From positions 682,001 to 746,000 of the forward strand of contig CP128815.1 of NCBI GenBank assembly GCA_051546255.1: a DNA stretch of 64,000 bases, given 5' to 3'. A program made the position numbers and the translations under genes. Positions 40,909 through 50,944 of the stretch are shown piece after piece. The stretch is from Meyerozyma guilliermondii. Its lineage: Eukaryota. Position 1 is the stretch's first letter; each line of letters opens with the position of its first letter. The notes under the pieces are model-generated. The model saw only the letters and a list, made by a program, of their open reading frames with translations, was not told the origin of the DNA and did not search any database.

Positions 40909-40994
40909 GCAATATCTGCAATAAGTAGCAATAGTAGCAATATGTAGCAGTAGTAGCAATTCTTGCAATAGTAGCAATTCTTGCAATAGCAAAT
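40909..40994 (+). repeat. Degenerate (A/G)TAGCAA tandem repeat between EMA19 and ACB1, including two copies of AGTAGCAATTCTTGCAAT
   Basis: Directly visible. Confidence 0.7.
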
Positions 40995-41013
40995 CAATCG
41001 AGTATATTTGTAT

Positions 41014-41318
41014 CTAGTTGTACTTCTCAATCAATTCCTTGGCAAACGCAATGTATTCTGCCTCGGCGTCCTCTTGCGAGGTTCCTTCGTTCTCCTTCCA
41101 TGCACTCCACTTGGCCTTGGCTTCAAAAGAGAAAGCTGAAGGTTGAGTGGTGTCGTTGTCTCCAACGGTGGCTTGCTTGTACAATCCGTACAACTTTAAC
41201 AATTCCTGGTTTCCAGGACGTTTGGAGAGGTTCTGCACCTTGGCGGCCTACGGTTAGCAGATGGAGATCACAATTGACTGGTAAAACTTACAATATCGGT
41301 AAATTCTTGGGATGGCAT
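41014..41318 (-). CDS. ACB1: Acyl-CoA-binding protein, 2 exons (41318-41292 and 41247-41014), 86 aa
   Basis: MPSQEFTDI|AAKVQNLSKRPGNQELLKLYGLYKQATVGDN...KAKWSAW; exons join in frame. Confidence 0.95.
41248..41291 (-). other. 44-nt spliceosomal intron in ACB1
   Basis: GTAAGT donor, TGCTAAC branch point, TAG acceptor. Confidence 0.9.
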
Positions 41319-42063
41319 GTTTGAGGGTGTGAAAGTGTGCCAGCGAATCGATATTACGCGGTAGCCTGCAGGGTACGGCTGGGGTAGGGGCCGAAAGTTA
41401 CGCACCAGGAAGACTGTGGCGTAAATCTCATACCTGCTTAGGTCGGTCATTTGGGCCCATTCAAAACGGGAAAAAAGTGTTGTTGAAAAACGGGGAAAGG
41501 GCCAACTGCAACCAGATGGGCCTCAAGTACCCAAATATCAAGTTTGGGCCTCAAATTCGTATTCTAGCATGCAAAATCATCACCGATCTAATTGATCGTA
41601 TATTACAGATGGCACCCAGACACCAGAACATTCCAATTTGCACCATAATTGCTCATAGTGAGTTCCTAGGATCTGACGCAGGGTGCGCTGTGCCATTTGT
41701 AGTCATCAACACTCATTTTGTGCCGCTTACCTCAGCGCGTTTACCATTTTCGATGACTTCGTAAACGCAGTGCTCAGGGCTCACACCTGGGGTAACGTAA
41801 GCGGAAGCCGTAAACGGTACATTCTGTGGAAGCTTCGCCTATCACTGACAAAGCACCAGCCGCATAGAACCGTCGGGGCCGTCGGCGATACCGCATTAGG
41901 TACGGAAAACGCGACGTACCGGCCGTACGCCGCTTATGTAAGCGCGTTTTGCCAACACGGCTCCAACGGATCTAACTTTTTCCGCATTATCTCCGTAGAA
42001 TTTTTGTAAGCTGCATAATTTATATATAATTGGGAGGCGCTGGCGTTTTTTCCTCTATCAATC

Positions 42064-42759
42064 ATGGGGTGTCCAAATAAACAGTGGTCGCTTCAATACG
42101 ACGAAATCTTGGGACAGTACTACTACATAAATACTCGTGATAACTCAATGCTGTTTGATTTACCATGTGAGGTTCATTATACTCCGGACCAAAGAAAGGC
42201 AAAAAATATCTTGGGAAATTTCCGCAAGAAGTCCGCCAGTGATCCTTGTGTAAGAACCACATCGGTAGCATCTTCGGCGTCGTCGGCGTCCAGAAAGAGG
42301 TCGATATTATCCAGAATAGGTTCGGCGCTTTCTCGGTCTTCTCATTCATCTCCATCTGCATCATCACAATCATCACAATCATTGCAATCGGTTAACTCAC
42401 AACCCAAACTGATGCAAGTAACTTCACAACATCCTACATATACACAAACATCTGCATCCGAGTCGCTGGACTTCACCACCGAGAATTTTGCAGCCATGGG
42501 TGGCTTTGAAGATGAGTACCTCCTTTTCAATCCTTCCAATTTGCGGAATTTTGCCGGCACTTCGGGAGGATACAATTCGGAAGAAGAACAGTCTATAAGC
42601 TCGGAGTCGGTCAACACGTATTACTCCGAGTTGGATAACAATGACTTCTATTACGACTACCCCGAATCTATTTTTAGCGAGGCAGGTCCAGCCGACTATG
42701 ATAAAGAGAAGGAACGCGAGGAGCTTCGCCTCCAGTTTATGAATGAGCTTGAGATTTAG
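42064..42759 (+). CDS. Protein with an N-terminal WW-like domain, Ser-rich middle and acidic C-terminus
   Basis: QWSLQYDEILGQYYYINTRDNS..FDLP WW-like pattern. Confidence 0.75.
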   Translation: MGCPNKQWSLQYDEILGQYYYINTRDNSMLFDLPCEVHYTPDQRKAKNILGNFRKKSASDPCVRTTSVASSASSASRKRSILSRIGSALSRSSHSSPSASSQSSQSLQSVNSQPKLMQVTSQHPTYTQTSASESLDFTTENFAAMGGFEDEYLLFNPSNLRNFAGTSGGYNSEEEQSISSESVNTYYSELDNNDFYYDYPESIFSEAGPADYDKEKEREELRLQFMNELEI

Positions 42760-42788
42760 CTATCATGTAAATATTTTATGCATTACGT

Positions 42789-44408
42789 TTAGATACTGGT
42801 CACCACACCCAAATCTACATCCACCTGTTTAATTAATTGGTCCATCACTCCCAACACTCGGTAGGTGGACTTTTCAATCTTGGCTTCGTTTTTGGACTTT
42901 TCATCCATTCGCTCCTGGTAGCTCAATTGCGCATCAACAAGAGCTTTCTTGTTCTCCTCTTGAACCACATCTTGATAAAATACTCTGGTGGCAGTCTTAA
43001 ACCGTGAAAACGGATCTCCACCATCGGGGTTATTTTCCACCACTTTTCGAAGCTGTGACGATTTGATCTCTGCCTTTCGAATATTCTTTTGGTTTAGTCT
43101 TCTATTTCTTTCGTTCACTTTCGACATGGTGTTTAAAGATTCTGAGGTATTACTGGTGTTGGTTTGCGACGCCAAAGTATTTTCCAATGCCGTCAATTTT
43201 GCCTGAAGTGACTCGGCTTTGGATGTGTTTCCCTCCTGCTTGGCAATCTTAAGAAGATCGAGCAACTTTGACTTTTCAAAAACGGCGTTGTACCCACCAA
43301 CATTAGCCTGCAATTTTTGCTTTCTTTCAATCATCTCATTAACATCCTTATCAGAAAGACCTCTCGTCGTCAAGTGTTGCAACAGTTCGTGCTTTTCGTT
43401 AACATCATCAACATAAGGCAACTCTTCGCCAGTTTTTTCCAACTCAATTTTGTACCGGTCGAGTTCCTGAGTCGAAATAGGAGAATCTGAAAAAACCGTC
43501 AATGGGAATTCTTTGGTTTGATTTTTGTTCTGGGTGACAGTCAAGTACAAATCGATCTTGGAGCCTGCAACAGAGTATGGTTTCTGCGGTATACTCTTCA
43601 CATCATCGATACGCACCATCCTATACAACGGCTGTCTGGTGGCACGATCTACACCCACATTGACTTTTGTAAAGCAGTCCAAAATGGTCTCGTTGAAGCC
43701 GTTGTAGTAACAGTATTTGGTGAGCATACTTCTGCCCACAACAATCTTATTGATGTCGTCCAACGAGGCACGAACATAACTTCGTGGAGCAAATTTAGAG
43801 CGGCCCGAGCCCCATTTGACCTCTTCCTCGTCGTCATAATCGTCCTCGTAGCCTCCAAGATCGGCTATTTCGTCGTCCAAATTGTCGTCTTCGTCTTCTT
43901 CTTCTTCGTCGTCGTCAAAATCACCATCCATCCGGCGCTGCTTTTGTTCACGTTGTTTCCGCAATTCACTCAACTTGTCCAGTTTGGAAGTGGTTTTAGC
44001 CGACGTCTTGTTTCTCTTACTGGACCGCGTGGCCCTCGGAGAATCCTGGGCTGCTTGCTGCTTCAATCTTTGTTGCAAGTAAATCTTCTCGTTGTAACTT
44101 TCCATCTCTTGCGATCTCTCGAACAAGATTTCTTCTCGCTTCATTTCGTCCATATTCAACAAGTTCTCCCTGTCTTCCTCGTCTCGGTACTTGCCCTCCA
44201 ACGGGTACGGATTGACCAAGTCGGCGGTGGCGGTGGCATCGTCATTTTCCGCAAGATTGTCATCGTCGTCATCAAAGTCCAAATCACTTTCATCGAGCTT
44301 TTTGCGTTTCTTGGAGTCTGGTTTCTTCAACGGGACATCGGAGTCGACGTCAGAGCCGTCGGAGCCAGCGCCGGCAAGTGCCAACAAGTCGTCGTCCAAA
44401 TCAGACAT
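42789..44408 (-). CDS. RTF1: Paf1 complex subunit Rtf1 (Plus3 domain)
   Basis: [44 protein letters not shown], Plus3 region, DPFSRFKT. Confidence 0.97.
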   Translation of the reverse strand: MSDLDDDLLALAGAGSDGSDVDSDVPLKKPDSKKRKKLDESDLDFDDDDDNLAENDDATATADLVNPYPLEGKYRDEEDRENLLNMDEMKREEILFERSQEMESYNEKIYLQQRLKQQAAQDSPRATRSSKRNKTSAKTTSKLDKLSELRKQREQKQRRMDGDFDDDEEEEDEDDNLDDEIADLGGYEDDYDDEEEVKWGSGRSKFAPRSYVRASLDDINKIVVGRSMLTKYCYYNGFNETILDCFTKVNVGVDRATRQPLYRMVRIDDVKSIPQKPYSVAGSKIDLYLTVTQNKNQTKEFPLTVFSDSPISTQELDRYKIELEKTGEELPYVDDVNEKHELLQHLTTRGLSDKDVNEMIERKQKLQANVGGYNAVFEKSKLLDLLKIAKQEGNTSKAESLQAKLTALENTLASQTNTSNTSESLNTMSKVNERNRRLNQKNIRKAEIKSSQLRKVVENNPDGGDPFSRFKTATRVFYQDVVQEENKKALVDAQLSYQERMDEKSKNEAKIEKSTYRVLGVMDQLIKQVDVDLGVVTSI

Positions 44409-44856
44409 TGAGGTGAAAGATGAAATGTTCGCGCAGTGCGAAATTAGTGACGAGCTAAGGGGAGGAGGAGAAGGAGAAGGGTGAGTGAAAAGAAAGGAGT
44501 TTGGGGGATGAAGAGGTCAAAACCAAACGAAGATAAAGTTAACGGTTACGAGAGACACATATTCTGTAATCTTCCTAAAAACTGAAAAATTGCATTTTCC
44601 ACGCTTGGCTGCAACTGCCCTGTTTCCATCAATCAATAAACCAAACCTAACCAAAAGAAAAAATACCCAAAAACCCTTCTATACCACCCTATTACCTTTC
44701 TGCACACTTTTACACCACCCCACACCATCCCACACCATTCTGCTTCATCTCCTCTAATTATGCTTCTCCCTGCCTTCTGCCTCCCCCCGCCGTGATCCTG
44801 CGCAGGTTATGTGCGGCTCCGCACCGTCCAATGAATTTCTTCACCACATATATGTT

Positions 44857-45816
44857 ATGGATATCAGTTTGTTGGTGAATCCAGATGACGACGGACACCT
44901 CCACACTACGAGCTGTGACCGTCCCACTATACGCCGACGAAGCTTGAGCCGAGAAAATCCGCATAAAGTGCGCAAAGTTTCCATCGATAGCGACTCCGAC
45001 AGTTTCCATCAAGGTTTACCGATGAGCTTGCCACGAAATTTACCGAGCTTACCGTTGAATTTAGCGAGCTCACTGGGATTATCGAGCTCTTCGAGCCTAC
45101 CGCTGAGTTTGCTGAGTTTGCTGAGTCTTTCTCTGTCCAGACGCAACACTGTCACCTCCATTACCTCGCTCAGCTCCCACGACGAAGAATCCCCTCCTCC
45201 TTTCAAGGTACCCACAAGCTACGAAGCCTTCATTGAAGCCCTCAGGACAAACCGTAGGTACCCCCTTCATCTCGATAAGGTATCGTTTACCGACCATACT
45301 ATCAGCTCCCACGAACGCGACGATATAGTAAAGGCTCTCCACGATAAGTATGTGCAGCCACTTTTAGCCATTACCGGCTATAAATGGGTCCGCAAAGATG
45401 GCCCTGGCAAGAAACAAGGAGTCAAGACATTCACTATCAAATACGTTTGTTCACAGCAGAAACCACCACGACCCAATGGCCGGTGCCGTCAATTGAGCCA
45501 TCCACTAAAAGAATTCAATTGTGATTCTTGCTACTGTATCAAATACCACCAGTCTTCCGCTACCATAGACATTGCCTACCACCACCATTGCCACCTGCCA
45601 TACAAATTTCTACCTGAAAAAGTCAAGACATACATCAGCGAACGGCTCGATATGAGAGCCCAGGACATATACCATGAAATACTAAACCACCCAAATTTTA
45701 GCGATGTTAACCATCTCATATACTTTACCAAGGTGCAAAGCTACTGGTCCAAAGAAAGGATAAAAAAACGAGACGAAACCACCAAACAGGCGTTCAAGCG
45801 ATTTTTGGAAAATTAA
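44857..45816 (+). CDS. Putative transcription factor with a WRKY-GCM1/FAR1-like (Mutator-transposase-type) zinc-finger domain
   Basis: Ser-rich N-half, then GYKWVRK...IKYVCSQ...EFNCDS...IDIAYHHHCH; start at ATG 44857 or 44809. Confidence 0.65.
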   Translation: MDISLLVNPDDDGHLHTTSCDRPTIRRRSLSRENPHKVRKVSIDSDSDSFHQGLPMSLPRNLPSLPLNLASSLGLSSSSSLPLSLLSLLSLSLSRRNTVTSITSLSSHDEESPPPFKVPTSYEAFIEALRTNRRYPLHLDKVSFTDHTISSHERDDIVKALHDKYVQPLLAITGYKWVRKDGPGKKQGVKTFTIKYVCSQQKPPRPNGRCRQLSHPLKEFNCDSCYCIKYHQSSATIDIAYHHHCHLPYKFLPEKVKTYISERLDMRAQDIYHEILNHPNFSDVNHLIYFTKVQSYWSKERIKKRDETTKQAFKRFLEN

Positions 45817-45924
45817 TAACGAACTAATAGTCTTACATCTAATTATCATCCATTTCAACAATGCCTCTACAACTTCTCACTTGCTCTTATTATTGACTAA
45901 GTCATAAGTATACACTCCTCCCCT

Positions 45925-46281
45925 TCACTTTCTAGCCTTGCCAGCCTCCTTTGCCTGTTGGTCCTTCAACACTCTCTTGACGATCTTTTGTTCCTCAATC
46001 AAAAATGCTCTCACAACTCTCTCCTTGACACAGTTGGCACATCTGGATCCACCGTATGCTCTTTGGACGGTCTTGTGGGTCTTAGAAACTTGAGCGTATT
46101 GTCTTGGTCTCAAGGTGGAGATACCTTGCAAAGCATCACCACAGTCACCACACTTTGGTCTGGAGGCTTGTTTCTTGACGTGTTGAGCAACGAGCTTTCC
46201 ACCAGGGGTCTTCACCACCTTGATCTTGTTGGATCTGGTGTTGTAAGGGTTTCTTCTTCTGTAGGTTACTCTTTGAGCCAT
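45925..46281 (-). CDS. RPL34: 60S ribosomal protein L34, intronless
   Basis: [30 protein letters not shown]...[15 protein letters not shown]. Confidence 0.99.
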   Translation of the reverse strand: MAQRVTYRRRNPYNTRSNKIKVVKTPGGKLVAQHVKKQASRPKCGDCGDALQGISTLRPRQYAQVSKTHKTVQRAYGGSRCANCVKERVVRAFLIEEQKIVKRVLKDQQAKEAGKARK

Positions 46282-46438
46282 GTCTACCAAAATAACTACC
46301 GTTTGTGAAACTGAAAAAAAACTTGTGCGACATGCCGCGAGGGCAGAGCCCACATCACGCGAAAGTCACATGACACGCATATACCAAACACCTACACTTT
46401 AGATACTAGTGATCCATTAGTTATATGAATTATGTAGA

Positions 46439-46961
46439 TTAACGCAATCTTCTGGCCTCACGCTCAGACTCCATCAAGCACAAGATGTCGTTTTCTCTGA
46501 CGGGACCCTTAACGTTTCTGACAATGGTTCTAGAAGTGTCTTCCAAGAACTCAACTCTCACTTGGGTGACACCACCTCTGGAGCCGGTTCTGCCCAAGAC
46601 CTTAATGACTTTAGCCAAAGTTACTGGAGTTTTGGTATCCTGTGTTAGAAGGTTCATCAAGTAGGTTTTGGATGCAAATGAAGTTATCAATCATTTGAAA
46701 AAGTCAATGTGAAGGATCACCAATAACGTAAAATCAGCAGCGTAAAGCCGTAGCAAGCAGTATTCGTATTCTCTATGCCCTGAGTGATCAGAACGTAATT
46801 GTTTGCCAATTATCTGTCAATTTAACTTGGTTCGTTCCGTTTGTTCTGACCAGATCGGTTCAAATTTTATAATTTCTAATTTCTTTTCCAAATCAAATCT
46901 CCATTATCCTTCACTGCATCTCTAACCAGCATCATAGCCTCGTTATCCTGATACATACCAT
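46439..46961 (-). CDS. RPS28: 40S ribosomal protein S28, 2 exons (ATG at 46961-46959, then 46639-46439), 67 aa
   Basis: [32 protein letters not shown]...EREARRLR. Confidence 0.96.
46640..46958 (-). other. 319-nt spliceosomal intron directly after the RPS28 start codon
   Basis: GTATGT donor, TTCTAAC branch point, CAG acceptor. Confidence 0.9.
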
Positions 46962-47199
46962 CTTATTCTGTTGTAATGAAAATGCACCAACTGATTTTTT
47001 CACAGCGAAAAGTCGTGCACTGTCGTGTTCCTACCGAGCGTCTTTCTGGTGCACCGCGCTGCCGTCGGGATAAATGCGGTTCTCCGTCGCCGCGGCGGAA
47101 ACGGACATAAGCCATGCCGCAGCCTCTTTTATTGATAGTGGCAAAAAACTGCTGTTGCTTCTTCCGCATATAAATCCTCGACTTTTTTCCGCACCTGCC

Positions 47200-48498
47200 A
47201 TGGCTACCGAGACTGTACAGACCGAGCCGGTAACTAGTGATGCGATGAGCACTGGAACTGTGGCTATTGAAGAGCCCTCTAGACCCCATTACACGTGGAA
47301 AAAATCATTCAATGACTGGCTTAGTCAAACATGGAGTAGTCAGTATTCTGATGAAAAGGTTGAAAGCGAGTTGCTCTCGTGTTTACCGTTTTTTCCCGAC
47401 GGAGATGCCACCAGAAGAGCCAAAATTATAAATACTGACATTGGAAACGGCAATTACATCCATGAGTTTTTCATTGAAAACACACAAAAACCCAAGAAAC
47501 CAGACCAGGTTCGCGATATCGTGCTCGTACACGGCTATGCGGCATCACTTGGTCTATTTATAGACAATTTTGATGATCTTTCCTCAATTCCTGGCATCAA
47601 AATCCATGCCATCGATTTGCTTGGTTTTGGGTTTTCTTCACGCCCTCACTTTCCCAAATTTCCTAGTGAAACAGAGAAGGATATTCACAAGGTGGAGGAT
47701 TGGTTCATTGACTCGTTCGAACAGTGGAGACTCAAGAGAAACCTCGACCGGTTCACATTAATTGGCCACTCATTTGGTGGATATTTGAGTTGCGCGTATG
47801 CCCTCAAGTATAACAAGCCCACACAAGCAGGCCCCAATGTTCTCGATAAGCTTGTGCTAGTCAGTCCTGTGGGTGTCGAGCGCAGCCGTCATTCTTTGTT
47901 TAACAACATCAAAGACGACGGTAAGCAAAATGATGTGGACATTCAAAAGGAAATTAAACAAAACCAAGAAGAGGTTGTTTCTCAAGACGCAGACACCTCT
48001 ACCGACGAAAACAGGTACCCGACATGGCTCCTGTACATGTGGAAGAGAAACTACTCACTCTTCCTGATAATCCGTGTAGCTGGTCCAGCGAAATCAAAGT
48101 GGATTTCCGGATGGACGACGAGGCGGTTTGCTCATAAATACAGGGAGAATCCAGTCTTCTTCCAGAATATGCATAATTACATCTACAGAGTGTTCAATGG
48201 CAAAGGTTCCGGTGAGTACGCTTTGACGAGGGTACTTGGAGTCGGAGCATTGGCCAAGCTTCCACTTATAGACCGGTGCCCAGAAAAATTCGCAGCTATG
48301 AACTTGCCAACTTATTGGGTTTACGGCGATAAAGATTGGATGAATGAGAAGGCAGGATTAGAAATGACAAAAGATATCAACCGTTTGGCCGGAAAAAAAT
48401 TGGCCCACTATGACATTATTTCCAACGCTGGCCATCATGTGTATTTGGACAATCCTCCATCATTTGCCCATAATCTCTTCAAGTTTCTTGAGATGTAA
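47200..48498 (+). CDS. Alpha/beta hydrolase/acyltransferase, Ict1/Ecm18/Cld1 (ABHD4/5) family
   Basis: VLVHGYAAS, IDLLGFGFSSRP, GHSFGG, HHVYLD (HxxxxD); start uncertain (47200 or 47074). Confidence 0.88.
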   Translation: MATETVQTEPVTSDAMSTGTVAIEEPSRPHYTWKKSFNDWLSQTWSSQYSDEKVESELLSCLPFFPDGDATRRAKIINTDIGNGNYIHEFFIENTQKPKKPDQVRDIVLVHGYAASLGLFIDNFDDLSSIPGIKIHAIDLLGFGFSSRPHFPKFPSETEKDIHKVEDWFIDSFEQWRLKRNLDRFTLIGHSFGGYLSCAYALKYNKPTQAGPNVLDKLVLVSPVGVERSRHSLFNNIKDDGKQNDVDIQKEIKQNQEEVVSQDADTSTDENRYPTWLLYMWKRNYSLFLIIRVAGPAKSKWISGWTTRRFAHKYRENPVFFQNMHNYIYRVFNGKGSGEYALTRVLGVGALAKLPLIDRCPEKFAAMNLPTYWVYGDKDWMNEKAGLEMTKDINRLAGKKLAHYDIISNAGHHVYLDNPPSFAHNLFKFLEM

Positions 48499-48580
48499 AT
48501 TATTTAATAGATCAATCCATACACCAGGTAGTCTTATCAAATTTTCGATGTCACCGCGAATTTTATTCTCACGATCAGTC

Positions 48581-50944
48581 ATGTCTGACGATGCATTTAT
48601 TGATGCCTTCAGTCGCATTGGATTAACCGATAAAAAGACAAAAGAGATCATCAAGAACAAGAAGGTTTCAAAGTCTTTATTTGATATCATCAACGAAGCC
48701 CCCAAGCCCGATTCCATTTATGATGACAAAACCATCTCATTATTGCATGCTTTGGCAGTCGAATGTAAAGGTGCTGATGTTCCCAATCGCCATCTCGTGA
48801 CCAATGCCATTGTAGACGGGAGGTTGAAATCGAACTTACAAGTTTCTGAAGCCTACAAATACGTAAACAGTCATCCTGATGCCAACAATTCCGACATGGA
48901 AAAACACTCAGGTGTGGGTGTTGAGGTCACGGAAGATGATGTTAGAAAGCACATTGGCAATTACATTAACGAGAACAAGCAGCAGATAGAGGCAAAGAGA
49001 TATGCTGGTGTTCCGGCACTTTTAGGCGAAGTGAAGAAGATTCCCGAGTTGAAGTGGGCCGCACCTCAATTGTTCAAGCCCATTATAGATGAAAAAGTTT
49101 TGGCTCTTTTGGGTCCCAAGGACGAGAGAGACGTAGTCAAGAAGGAGAAAAAGAAGAAGGAAAAAGCACCGGCTCAGAAAGAGAAAACTGAGCCAGTGAG
49201 GTCGATGTTCTCCGAAGGATTTCTTGGAGATCTACACAAACCAGGTGAAAATCCTCAAATGTACCCTGAATTAATGAAGGAGCACTTGAAGTTTACGGGC
49301 GGTAAGGTGTTCACACGTTTTCCTCCCGAGCCTAATGGATACCTTCACATCGGCCATTCCAAAGCCATCATGGTGAACTTTGGATACGCCAAGTATCACG
49401 GAGGAAACTGTTACTTGCGGTTCGACGATACCAACCCTGAAGCCGAGGAGGAGGTTTATTTCAACTCCATTCGCGACATAATCGACTGGTTGGGATTCGA
49501 ACCATGGAAAGTCACCTATTCTTCTGACTACTTTGACGAGTTGTATGAGTTGGCAGAAAAATTAATTAACATTGGAAAGGGATATGTTTGTCACTGTACA
49601 GCAGAAGAAGTCAAGGCTCAACGAGGAATGAAGCCCGATGGTACACTTGGTGGAGAGCGTTTCGCTTGTCCTCACAGAGATCGTACGCCAGAGGTTAATT
49701 TGGCTGAATTCCGCAAGATGAAGAATGGAGAGTACAAATCAGGTGAAGCCACTTTGAGAATGAAACAAGATTTGACATCGCCTTCTCCACAAATGTGGGA
49801 CTTGGTGGCTTACCGAGTGTTGAATGCTAAGCACCATAGAACCGGGGACAAATGGTTGATTTATCCAACCTATGATTTCACTCACTGTCTTGTTGATTCG
49901 TTTGAGAATATTAGTCACTCCTTGTGTACCGTCGAGTTTAGACTTTCTAGAGAGTCTTACGAGTGGCTCTGTGACGTTTTGCATGTTTACAGGCCGGCTC
50001 AGCGTGAGTACGGTAGATTGAACATCACCGGTACGGTGTTATCGAAACGTAAAATTGCAAAGCTTGTCAATGAAGGGTACGTGAGAGGATGGGATGATCC
50101 CAGATTGTTCACTTTGGAGGCAGTACGTCGTCGTGGAGTTCCTCCTGGTGCCATTTTGTCCTTCATCAACACTTTGGGTGTCACCACTTCCACCACCAAT
50201 ATTCAAGCCGTTCGTCTTGACAGCGCCGTGAGAAACTACTTGGATTCAACCACGCCTCGTCTCATGATGGTTTTGGACCCCATTAAGGTTGAACTTGTGA
50301 ATGTTAACGACGACTTCAAGGAAGAAGTGGAGATTCCTTACAAGCCAGGAGATGCCAAGTTTGGTTCACGCAAGGTCTCGTTCACGAAAACCATCTACAT
50401 TGATCGCTCTGATTACCGTGATAATGTATCTGCCGAATACTTTAGATTGGCACCAGGTCAGAGCGTTGGTCTCATGAAAGTTCCCTTCAATATCAGCGTT
50501 GTTAAAGTTGATAAAGATGACAACGGCAACGTGACAAAGATACATGCCAAGTACGAGAACGAGGAGCACAAAAAACCAAAGACTTATATCCAATGGGTTC
50601 CAGAAGACAACTTGAAGATATCAGAAGTTAGAATCCAGAACCAATTATTTTTGAGTGAAAATCCTCTCGCTCTTCCTGAGGGATACTTGAAGGATATCAA
50701 TCCCGACTCAGAGCTCGTGTACAAGAATGCAATCATTGAACCATCATTTGCAGAAATTAAGGCCAAATCTCCAATGAACATTCCTATCGAAGGAAGTGAA
50801 TTCAACATTCCTGAAAAAGGAGGTCCATACACGGTGAGGTTCCAGGCGTTGCGTGTGGGGTACTTCTGTATGGACAAGGACAGCACAGACTCCGACTTGG
50901 TGTTGAACCGGATTGTGACCCTCAAGGAAGATTCCAAAAAGTAG
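48581..50944 (+). CDS. GLN4: Glutaminyl-tRNA synthetase
   Basis: TRFPPEPNGYLHIGH, LRFDDTNP, VLSKRKI; eukaryotic N-terminal extension; additional in-frame ATG at 48548. Confidence 0.97.
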   Translation: MSDDAFIDAFSRIGLTDKKTKEIIKNKKVSKSLFDIINEAPKPDSIYDDKTISLLHALAVECKGADVPNRHLVTNAIVDGRLKSNLQVSEAYKYVNSHPDANNSDMEKHSGVGVEVTEDDVRKHIGNYINENKQQIEAKRYAGVPALLGEVKKIPELKWAAPQLFKPIIDEKVLALLGPKDERDVVKKEKKKKEKAPAQKEKTEPVRSMFSEGFLGDLHKPGENPQMYPELMKEHLKFTGGKVFTRFPPEPNGYLHIGHSKAIMVNFGYAKYHGGNCYLRFDDTNPEAEEEVYFNSIRDIIDWLGFEPWKVTYSSDYFDELYELAEKLINIGKGYVCHCTAEEVKAQRGMKPDGTLGGERFACPHRDRTPEVNLAEFRKMKNGEYKSGEATLRMKQDLTSPSPQMWDLVAYRVLNAKHHRTGDKWLIYPTYDFTHCLVDSFENISHSLCTVEFRLSRESYEWLCDVLHVYRPAQREYGRLNITGTVLSKRKIAKLVNEGYVRGWDDPRLFTLEAVRRRGVPPGAILSFINTLGVTTSTTNIQAVRLDSAVRNYLDSTTPRLMMVLDPIKVELVNVNDDFKEEVEIPYKPGDAKFGSRKVSFTKTIYIDRSDYRDNVSAEYFRLAPGQSVGLMKVPFNISVVKVDKDDNGNVTKIHAKYENEEHKKPKTYIQWVPEDNLKISEVRIQNQLFLSENPLALPEGYLKDINPDSELVYKNAIIEPSFAEIKAKSPMNIPIEGSEFNIPEKGGPYTVRFQALRVGYFCMDKDSTDSDLVLNRIVTLKEDSKK

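Noticed and set aside
43518..44411. 297-aa hydrophobic ORF antisense to RTF1 (likewise 27007-27588 and 27522-28139 against IOC4)
   Set aside because: Antisense reading of acidic/Lys-rich coding sequence; no independent evidence
46640..46958. Possible intronic snoRNA in the RPS28 intron
   Set aside because: Only an imperfect C box and scattered CTGA; no recognisable rRNA guide
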